Shown here in pieces: positions 48,091 to 55,975 of a DNA stretch of 64,000 nt. The notes under the pieces are model-generated. The model did no database searches. It had not been told where the DNA came from and was given only the letters and a program-made list of their open reading frames with translations. Position numbers and translations under genes: made by a program. Source of the stretch: Azolla caroliniana (lineage: Eukaryota > Plantae > Polypodiophyta); assembly GCA_043228905.1 (NCBI GenBank), contig JBHGNT010000011.1:992001-1056000 (forward strand), given 5' to 3'. The stretch's first letter is position 1. Every line of letters begins with the position of its first letter.

Positions 48091-48629
48091 AGTGTTTTAA
48101 ATATAGATTTAATACGTATAAGACCTTTATTTATGCATACCTTTATTAAAAGGTAAATCGTGTATTTTTTTTTATATATGAAAAAGAAAAACGCGAGACA
48201 CTAAAAATAACTCATGCACATCTAGCGTGCATGAGCCCTATACTTAGGAAATAAATAAAAAAAAAAGCATCACATGCACATTTAGTGGACATGAACACTT
48301 TTTGTAAAAAGCATGTAGCTATGCTTAGTCTCTCCCATCACTATATAAGGATGGGGAGCACATTGTAGTTGTTGTTGATTATTTGGATTACGTATTAATC
48401 AATACAAAAATTATTCGTGGGATTCACGATTTATACATCTACTTCTCTCTTAACACCCTAAGTACCAATTAATATAGTATACTCGTGTGATTCACGAGTT
48501 TCTTATCTTTCTCTTTGCTATTTACTCATAATTAATCTCTATCTCACGAACTTCTTTCTCCTAGTCCAAGACCTCTGTGGTTCCCACCCGACTCACGCAA
48601 CGATCCGGAGCCGAAAGGCACGACACAGT

Positions 48630-48647
48630 TGGTGAACCCGACGTGAA
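48630..48647 (+). promoter_or_regulatory. primer-binding site, tRNA-Trp
   Basis: TGGTGAACCCGACGTGAA is complementary to the plant tRNA-Trp 3' end as recalled (...TTCACGTCGGGTTCACCA), 4 nt after the LTR. Confidence 0.85.
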
Positions 48648-48663
48648 AGCGGGTGGCAAGGAG

Positions 48664-50703
48664 ATGGAGGCTCAACAAGCTAACAATATGATGGCGATGT
48701 TCGAACGGATGCTTCAAGAACAACGCACGATGTCGGAGATTTCGGCATCAGTAGAGCGGCTCGTGCAACGCAACGGGCAATTTAATGGTAAGGATGTGTC
48801 GCGATATTTGCAGGACTACAAGGCGGAGATGCTCCGGTGCCGGGCTTCGGAAGGACTGCAAGTGACATCCTTTAACCGGGTGGCGACCGACGGGCTTCAA
48901 GGGAGTATCCACGGGTTGCAACAACAAAATCCGACGTGGGAAGCATTCGAAGAGGCGTTAAAGACCACGTTTGCCATTGAGGACTCCTCCAAGGCAACGC
49001 GGAGGGGATTCGAGGATTGGGTGGAAACGTCAGGTAAGGGGCTGAAGGTCCTCGAAGTGTTTTCGACATTCGAAAGTCGGTTCGGGAGGTTGTCCGCGAG
49101 AGATCAAACTATTCTTGCACCGGACAAAGTCATCATGTTTTTGCGAGCTGTAGACGTCCGGGACCGGAAAGATCTCGGAGTGCTTCTTGAGGACACGACC
49201 ACCGAAAGCGGCCTCACCGAAACATGGGAAAGCGTGCGGGATATCGTCGCGCGGTACACGAAGAGGGGGCAATGGCTTGCCAACGAAGAAAAGAGGGTTT
49301 CGGAACCGATTCCGAAACCGAGAACGGGACTGGAAGACCATCAACCGAGGGCTCGGGAGATTACGGCCGAGAAGGGAGTCGACGCGTCTACGGTGGAGCA
49401 GCTGCTGAAGGAGATGGAGAATCTAAAGATTGCGATGGTGAAGAAGTCGGACGACCGCCCCACAAGCTCCAAATATACGGATCGACGGTGCATATGGTGC
49501 GATAGCGCCGAACACGATCGGAGGGATTGCGACGACCATAAGGAGGCGCTACGACGGGATCTCATCTACTACGAGGGAAACCGGATTCATTCGATGGACT
49601 CTCGGAAGCCACTCCGACCGAACTTCCGGAAAGGCGGCATGAAGAAGGTGCTCGAGGAGGAGTTAGCGGCAAGAAGCAACTATGCGACAACCGCGGGAAT
49701 ATGTGTCGGGGAGTCAACGGGAGCGAAGGCGTCTTTCTGGCCGGAGGTGCTAGGAAACACCGAGAAAACCGACTCCAACGATATCCGAAACACCGCGGAA
49801 GGCGTCCGGGAAGCTACGGGATGGGAGTGCCCTGTCGACAAGAATAGCATATACGCCCTGTGTCAATTACATGAGGTGTATGTGGACGAGAAACGACGGC
49901 GCACGGAGGATGCGGCCGGACCATCGAAGATACCGGAAAGCTGGAACTCCGGAGGTAAGGGAAAAGAAAAGGCGACTCCGGCATTCAAGCTCGCCTCGGA
50001 CATAGAACAACAAACCGACTTGAAAAGAGTGTTCGAGGAAAGAATCTTGGATAGCCGGGTAGATTTTTCGCTGCGAGAACTACTCGGAATAGCGAAGAAG
50101 GAGTTTCACGATCTTCTCGTGGATCTCGTGAAAAGAAAGAGACAAAGTACGGAGGAAAATGCTCCAAGGGTGAATGCAAATACCGTTTCAATGAACGACA
50201 CCGAAGTGGAAGGCGAAATCCCGAACTCCCACTATACAAGGCCACACTGGGCACGTGCGACTACGGAGACTCCGGTCCGAATCGGCAACATCAAAGAACC
50301 CGTGCTAGCATTGATTGATCACGGATCGGAGATCAACTTGATGTCCAAGGAGTTCTACCGAAAGGGGAAGTGGCCTATAAACACCAACCATGGATGGAAG
50401 ATTCGGGCAGCCACGAAAACGACAGAAGACCTATTTGCGGCTTGTCCGGATGTGACGGTAAAGATCGGGGATGTCGAAATTGACCAAAATTTCTTTGTGC
50501 AGGATGAGGTTTCACATTCTGTCATCCTCGGCCAACCCTTTATCACGGCTTCACGGATGGAGACGAAGGTGCTCGATAGTGGTGCGGCTTTTGCGCGAAT
50601 TCGGAGCCAAAACGGAGGGAAATCCGTCCAATTCCTAACGGTGCCGGCAAATCACGAAAGGAACAAGAGGGAACTCTTGTCCCAAGTGAGAATGGATTTT
50701 TAA
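48664..50703 (+). CDS. gag-protease (679 aa)
   Basis: FNGKDVSRYL gag start, CIWCDSAEHDRRDC knuckle, a DUF4100-like segment (FKLASDIE...SLRELLGIA), and aspartic protease LIDHGSEINLM...VILGQPF. Confidence 0.9.
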   Translation: MEAQQANNMMAMFERMLQEQRTMSEISASVERLVQRNGQFNGKDVSRYLQDYKAEMLRCRASEGLQVTSFNRVATDGLQGSIHGLQQQNPTWEAFEEALKTTFAIEDSSKATRRGFEDWVETSGKGLKVLEVFSTFESRFGRLSARDQTILAPDKVIMFLRAVDVRDRKDLGVLLEDTTTESGLTETWESVRDIVARYTKRGQWLANEEKRVSEPIPKPRTGLEDHQPRAREITAEKGVDASTVEQLLKEMENLKIAMVKKSDDRPTSSKYTDRRCIWCDSAEHDRRDCDDHKEALRRDLIYYEGNRIHSMDSRKPLRPNFRKGGMKKVLEEELAARSNYATTAGICVGESTGAKASFWPEVLGNTEKTDSNDIRNTAEGVREATGWECPVDKNSIYALCQLHEVYVDEKRRRTEDAAGPSKIPESWNSGGKGKEKATPAFKLASDIEQQTDLKRVFEERILDSRVDFSLRELLGIAKKEFHDLLVDLVKRKRQSTEENAPRVNANTVSMNDTEVEGEIPNSHYTRPHWARATTETPVRIGNIKEPVLALIDHGSEINLMSKEFYRKGKWPINTNHGWKIRAATKTTEDLFAACPDVTVKIGDVEIDQNFFVQDEVSHSVILGQPFITASRMETKVLDSGAAFARIRSQNGGKSVQFLTVPANHERNKRELLSQVRMDF

Positions 50704-50757
50704 AGCGGACTGTTGCGGAGTGGGGAAGTGATAGTCCGAGAAGCCCTGATACCCCAC
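50694..50757 (+). promoter_or_regulatory. -1 programmed ribosomal frameshift signal (G GAU UUU plus H-type pseudoknot)
   Basis: Slippery GGATTTT at 50694-50700, 5-nt spacer, stem 1 50706-50716/50728-50738, stem 2 GTGGGG 50720-50725 / CCCCAC 50752-50757. Confidence 0.8.
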
Positions 50758-53700
50758 ACAGGAAGAAAACTCTCGGAGCAAAACAAGTACGAATCGGCCC
50801 GGATGGGGCATCTACGTACACGGCCGTAACCGGAGGAATGAAGAAACAATACCGACAAGTGGAGGATAAGTTACGGTCGGCATCAATAATAAAAGAGGAC
50901 GAAGAAATCGTGGGAGTGATCGAGGAAGTGTTCTATGGGAATACACTACAACGGCTTGAAGAGCTTGCGGAAGATAAAAGCCAAGGGAACCGGGTAGTCC
51001 CGGTGGAATCGGTCGAGATGTACGAGATCGTTGCGAAAATGGGGCCGGATGCGCTCCACAAAGAAGAAGCAATGGTAAGTACGAAATACAAGACCGTGGA
51101 GAAGAAGGTGAAACCGGCCGCGGGACCACTACCCGCCGATAGCGAACAAAAGAAGAAAGAAGTCTCGGGAGATCCGACACTTCGGAAGTCCGTGGATATC
51201 GGACATGCCTTCACGGATGAGACCCGGAAGAAACTTCGGATCGGTGGAGGTGGGTTCCTATTACAGAAAGAAGAAGAACGGTTTCGCGAGATGTTGGAGC
51301 AACACGGCAAAGCGTTTGCATTTACATCAAGGGAGATAGGGTGCGTCGATCCGAGAATAGTGGAGCCAATGGTGATCTTTACGATTGACCATGTACCGTG
51401 GAATCTGAAGCCGATTCCGGTGCCACGGGCGCATATTCCGAAAGTCATCGACTTGCTCAAGGAGAAGGTGGCGATGGGGATTCTAGAGCCATCAAGTGCT
51501 CCGTACTCAAATCGATGGTTTACGGTTCCGAAGAAGAATGGGTCACTCCGATTCATCCAAGACTTGCAACCGGTGAACAAGGTCACGATCCGGAACTCGG
51601 GAGTCGGTCCGATAGTGGACGAATTCGCGGAAGCTTTTGCCGGACGTGCGATATACTCCATCGGGGACCTATACTCGGGGTATGACCAATTCCAACTAGC
51701 CGTGGAGAGCCGAGACATCACTACCATGCGGACACCGATAGGACTAGTTCGAATGTGCACACTACCACAAGGAGCGACAAACTCGGTTGCACATATGATG
51801 AACGCGATGAACAAGGTGCTTCGAGATTGCATCCCGGAGATAACGATGCCGTTTCTAGATGACATTCCGATGAAAGGATGCGCGGTGGAAGAAAAAGATG
51901 AGACTACGGATGATCGGGGATGCCGAAAGTTCGTGGTCGACCATATTCATGATTGCGAGAAAGTGTTGCGAAAGCTAGAAGATGTGCACCTAACACTTTC
52001 CGGGGAGAAATCGGCATTCGGGCAAGAAGAAATATTGGTGGTCGGACATCTATGTGGACCCTACGGCCGAAGACCGTCACCAACAAAGATCGATGCGATT
52101 CAAGCTATGAAGGAAGTATGTGAGTCAACATCGGAAGTCCGAAGGTTTCTGGGTGCGTGTGCATTCTATCACATATGGATTCCGCACTATGCACATATAG
52201 CGGACCCGCTCTATCACTTGTTGCGGAAAGGTAAGAAATTCGAGTGGAAACCGGAACACACTAAAGCCATGAGGAAGCTCAAGAAGACACTATGGAGGGC
52301 GGAATCACTTAAGAAGCCAAGCTACGAGCGGCCAATCATAGTAACGGTTGATACAAGTCCAACCGGTATCGGGTGGGTCATCAATCAAGCCGACTCGGAT
52401 GGTTCGCGGTATCCGATCCGATTTGGAGCAAAGGTCCTCAACGAAAGGCAACGCGGATATGCACAAGTCAAAAGAGAATTGTGGGGAGTCGTGTCGGCGA
52501 TAAAATCGGATCGGGATTATTTGATCGGAGCTGAAGTGGTGATCGAGACGGATTGTCTTCCGATACTCGGGATGATGCGGTGTTGTACGATACCGGATGT
52601 GGCTATGCTAAGGTGGATTGCATATGTCAAGTCACTTAATCCGGAGGTTCGACACATCTCGGGGAAGGACAACGCGGTAGCGGACATGTTATCGAGGGCG
52701 CGGTTTGAAGACGACATAACCGAATCAGATAATGAAGAAGTTTCCGAAGACTACTTCACGTCAGAACACATATGCCGAGTGAACGTGATCCGAGAATTCC
52801 GGGAAGAAGAATACGAGGGGGAAACCTTGATGATCGGGAAGATGCTACAAGAGGTCGAGGATTCAACCAATGATAAAGAAAGGAGAGCCGAGATCCGAAG
52901 GAAGAAGAGGCAAGTCCAAAAGTTCTTCTTGGAAAACGGTTTAATATGGAGGACGCCGAAAAGACCGGATGGGATACCACTTCGAGTAGTCGGGACGAAA
53001 GAGCAACGAAACCGGATAATGTCCGAGTTCCACGAATCCGATTGGGCTGGACATCGAGGAACATGGGCAACTTTTGTGAAAATCAAGCAAAGGTATTGGT
53101 GGAAGAACATGTATAAAGATGTCGCGGAGTTCACAGAAAGCTGCGAGAAATGTCAAGTCTACTCCGGGGTCCGACACCGAGATGAGCTGCATCCGACATT
53201 CTCACCGACAATCAACTTCAAGTGGATGGTCGACATTGTAGCTATGCCGACCGGGATTGGACAAAAGAAATACTTGGTGTTAGCTCGAGAAGATCTCACA
53301 AACCAAGTTGAAGGTCGAGCGCTTCGGAGGAAAACGTGTGCCGCGGTGTGCCAATTTCTTTTGGAAGAAGTGTTTTGTAGGTACGGCTGCGTAGGACAAG
53401 TGATTGCGGACCGGGGAGAACTCGACTCGGACAAAGCTAGGGGATTCTTCGCCAAACATGGAGTTCGGTTAACGTTGACAACGGCCTACAATCCGGAGGC
53501 CAACGGGAAGATCGAACGAGGACATAGTCCGATCGTGAAAGCACTTGCGAAGGCATGCGACGGAAGGGTGAAGGATTGGCCACAAATGCTTCCGTATGCA
53601 CTATGGGCGGATCGGACGACGCATAGCTCCGTGACCGGTTACATGCCGGCAGAACTCATGACCGGACAAGCACCGGTAATGCCAACGGAAACCGCAATCG

Positions 53701-54305
53701 CGACATGGACAATACTACCGTGGAAGGAAGAGATGAGCCGGGAAGAACTACTAGCGGTCCGGATACGACAACTGGAGGGAAGACCGAAAGATGTAGCGGA
53801 AGCGTCACGCCGACAACAAGAAGCACGGTTCCGGAACAAAAGCCGGTTCGACACAAAGCACCGACTACGACCGAGGAGGATTGAAGAAGGAGATTGGGTG
53901 ATCGTCTATGATAGTAGCTTGGACCATCAACATACAACGATGCGGAAATTCGCGAAAAGGTGGTTCGGGCCGTACGAGGTTCGGAAGGTCTTCGACAACG
54001 GGACGTACCGACTGTCCGAGTTGGATGGAACAATACTACGAGTGCCTATAGCCGGGAAGCGGGTGAAGATTTTCAAGAAGCGGACCGACGACAAACCTTA
54101 TGTGATCCAAGTCGAGGCCGACAACGAGGAGCAATCGGACGAAGACCACAATGATGCGGGAAGCGAAGAAAGTGGATTACAACTCATAGTCGACATAAGG
54201 GGAGAATCGGAGGAAGCTTCGGATGAAGACGGATACGAAGAAACAAGAACTTCGGCACATACCGGAGGATGTGCGGGTTTGGAGGGGGCGAGTGTCGTAG
54301 TGTAG
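50700..54305 (+). CDS. RT-RNase H-integrase, expressed in the -1 frame
   Basis: Frame is open from the slippery site to TAG at 54303. Motifs DLYSGYDQF, LPQGATNSVA, FLDD, VDTSPTGIG, HRG...CEKC zinc finger, D-D-E core, WFGPY. Confidence 0.92.
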   Translation, partial: LKRTVAEWGSDSPRSPDTPHRKKTLGAKQVRIGPDGASTYTAVTGGMKKQYRQVEDKLRSASIIKEDEEIVGVIEEVFYGNTLQRLEELAEDKSQGNRVVPVESVEMYEIVAKMGPDALHKEEAMVSTKYKTVEKKVKPAAGPLPADSEQKKKEVSGDPTLRKSVDIGHAFTDETRKKLRIGGGGFLLQKEEERFREMLEQHGKAFAFTSREIGCVDPRIVEPMVIFTIDHVPWNLKPIPVPRAHIPKVIDLLKEKVAMGILEPSSAPYSNRWFTVPKKNGSLRFIQDLQPVNKVTIRNSGVGPIVDEFAEAFAGRAIYSIGDLYSGYDQFQLAVESRDITTMRTPIGLVRMCTLPQGATNSVAHMMNAMNKVLRDCIPEITMPFLDDIPMKGCAVEEKDETTDDRGCRKFVVDHIHDCEKVLRKLEDVHLTLSGEKSAFGQEEILVVGHLCGPYGRRPSPTKIDAIQAMKEVCESTSEVRRFLGACAFYHIWIPHYAHIADPLYHLLRKGKKFEWKPEHTKAMRKLKKTLWRAESLKKPSYERPIIVTVDTSPTGIGWVINQADSDGSRYPIRFGAKVLNERQRGYAQVKRELWGVVSAIKSDRDYLIGAEVVIETDCLPILGMMRCCTIPDVAMLRWIAYVKSLNPEVRHISGKDNAVADMLSRARFEDDITESDNEEVSEDYFTSEHICRVNVIREFREEEYEGETLMIGKMLQEVEDSTNDKERRAEIRRKKRQVQKFFLENGLIWRTPKRPDGIPLRVVGTKEQRNRIMSEFHESDWAGHRGTWATFVKIKQRYWWKNMYKDVAEFTESCEKCQVYSGVRHRDELHPTFSPTINFKWMVDIVAMPTGIGQKKYLVLAREDLTNQVEGRALRRKTCAAVCQFLLEEVFCRYGCVGQVIADRGELDSDKARGFFAKHGVRLTLTTAYNPEANGKIERGHSPIVKALAKACDGRVKDWPQMLPYALWADRTTHSSVTGYMPAELMTGQAPVMPTETAIATWTILPWKEEMSREELLAVRIRQLEGRPKDVAEASRRQQEARFRNKSRFDTKHRLRPRRIEEGDWVIVYDSSLDHQHTTMRKFAKRWFGPYEVRKVFDNGTYRLSELDGTILRVPIAGKRVKIFKKRTDDKPYVIQVEADNEEQSDEDHNDAGSEESGLQLIVDIRGESEEASDEDGYEETRTSAHTGGCAGLEGASVVV

Positions 54306-54377
54306 GTTGCACACTATGTGGAAATTATATTTTTGTCCCTCCGGATAGAGAATGGAGTGCTCGGTGAGAACCGGAAG

Positions 54378-54516
54378 AAAACGGCATACCGACAAGGAGG
54401 AAAACGGCATACCGGCAAGGAAGAAAACGGCATACCGACAAGGAGGAAAACGGCATACCGGCAAGGAGGAAAAACGGCATACCGGCAAGGAAGAAAACGG
54501 CATACCGGCAAGGAAG
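54378..54516 (+). repeat. 23-bp tandem repeat in the Gypsy LTR U3 (6 units; 4 units in the 5' LTR at ~47883-47975)
   Basis: AAAACGGCATACCG(A/G)CAAGGA(G/A)G repeated. Confidence 0.95.
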
Positions 54517-55166
54517 AGACATAAATGTAAAAAAAAAAACAGGAAATACTCACTACTGCGCAGGGCGTGATTCGAACTCTGCACCTCCACGTTGACGAAC
54601 CCCAACCTTACCATTACATTAACTTATCTTAAGTGTTTTAAATATAGATTTAATACGTATAAGACCTTTATTTATGCATACCTTTATTAAAAGGTAAATC
54701 GTGTATTTTTTTTTATATATGAAAAAGAAAAACGCGAGACACTAAAAATAACTCATGCACATCTAGCGTGCATGAGCCCTATACTTAGGAAATAAAAAAA
54801 AAAAAAAGCATCACATGCACATTTAGTGGACATGAACACTTTTTGTAAAAAACATGTAGCTATGCTTAGTCTCTCCCATCACTATATAAGGATGGGGAGC
54901 ACATTGTAGTTGTTGTTGATTATTTGGATTACGTATTAATCAATACAAAAATTATTCGTGGGATTCACGATTTATACATCTACTTCTCTCTTAACACCCT
55001 AAGTACCAATTAATATAGTATACTCGTGTGATTCACGAGTTTCTTATCTTTCTCTTTGCTATTTACTCATAATTAATCTCTATCTCACGAACTTCTTTCT
55101 CCTAGTCCAAGACCTCTGTGGTTCCCACCCGACTCACGCAACGATCCGGAGCCGAAAGGCACGACA

Positions 55167-55720
55167 ACGCGGTCAAATGGATACTCCGATACTTGAAGGG
55201 CACGGCAAACATGTGCCTCCGATTCGGCTCCGGTAAGCCCGAACTCGATGGATTTACCGATTCGGATATGTCGGCTGATGCAGATACCAGCCGGTCCACA
55301 TCAGGGTATGTGATGACGTATGCAGGGGGAGCTATTTCATGGCAGTCGAGGCTGCAGAAGACGGTTGCACTGTCAACCACGGAGGCGGAGTACATGGCGG
55401 CTGTTGAAGCCGGCAAGGAAATAATATGGATGAAGGACTTCATTAGAGAGCTCGGTATCCGGCAGGAGGAGTACCGACTCTACTGCGACAGTCAGAGTGC
55501 CATCCACCTTGCGAAGAATGCGGCCTATCACTCCCGGACGAAGCACATCCAGCGTAGATACCACTGGATCCGGGAAAGGATAGAAGACAAGGAGTTCGTG
55601 CTGACGAAGATCCACACGGACGAGAACGGGTCGGATATGCTGACTAAGGTACTTACACCCGACAAGCTGGAAGCATGCCGGAAGAGGATCGGATTGGAGA
55701 GACATCCCATGCCGAAGTGA
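55167..55720 (+). CDS. copia polyprotein part 2 (RNase H)
   Basis: Rejoins in frame as HW-NAVKWILRYLKG...FTDSD...STTEAEY...KHIQRRYHWIRE, giving a reconstructed 1357-aa polyprotein. Confidence 0.95.
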
Positions 55721-55796
55721 AGGGGGAGTTTGTTGGGATTTGCGGTCCCTCCGGATGGGATGTCCGGAGATGAATGACGGCAAGCCTGGTTGCGGT

Positions 55797-55975
55797 TACG
55801 GAGCCGGATGACGAAGACCCGGCTACGGAGCCGGATGATGAAGACCCGGCTACGGAGCCGGATGACGAAGACCCGGCTACGGAGCCGGATGACGAAGACC
55901 CGGCTACGGAGCCGGATGACGAAGACCCGGCTACGGAACCGGATGACGAAGACCCCGGCTACGGAGCCGGATGAT
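55797..55975 (+). repeat. 27-bp tandem repeat in the copia LTR U3 (6 units; 3 units in the 5' LTR at ~43655-43750)
   Basis: ACGGAGCCGGATGACGAAGACCCGGCT repeated head to tail. Confidence 0.95.

Larger units (their letters stand above)
47798..55166 (+). mobile_element. intact, very young non-chromovirus Ty3/gypsy element primed by tRNA-Trp (possibly Phygy/Selgy-like; lineage not verified)
   Basis: LTRs 47798-48625 and 54293-55166 differ by about 2 substitutions plus two 23-bp units. TGTCGT...ACGACA ends, 4-bp TSD ACGT/ACGC, PBS, PPT GGAGGGGGCGAG at 54281-54292, two intact ORFs. Confidence 0.96.

Noticed and set aside
55118-55166. Shared N-terminus MVPTRLTQRSGAERHD on two ORFs (48577 and 55118)
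   Set aside because: It is the translated U5 end of the two identical LTRs, not a real peptide.
55797-55975. 27-bp and 23-bp repeat arrays as CRISPR arrays
   Set aside because: Units are head to tail with no unique spacers, lie within LTR U3 regions, and there are no cas genes; the context is eukaryotic.
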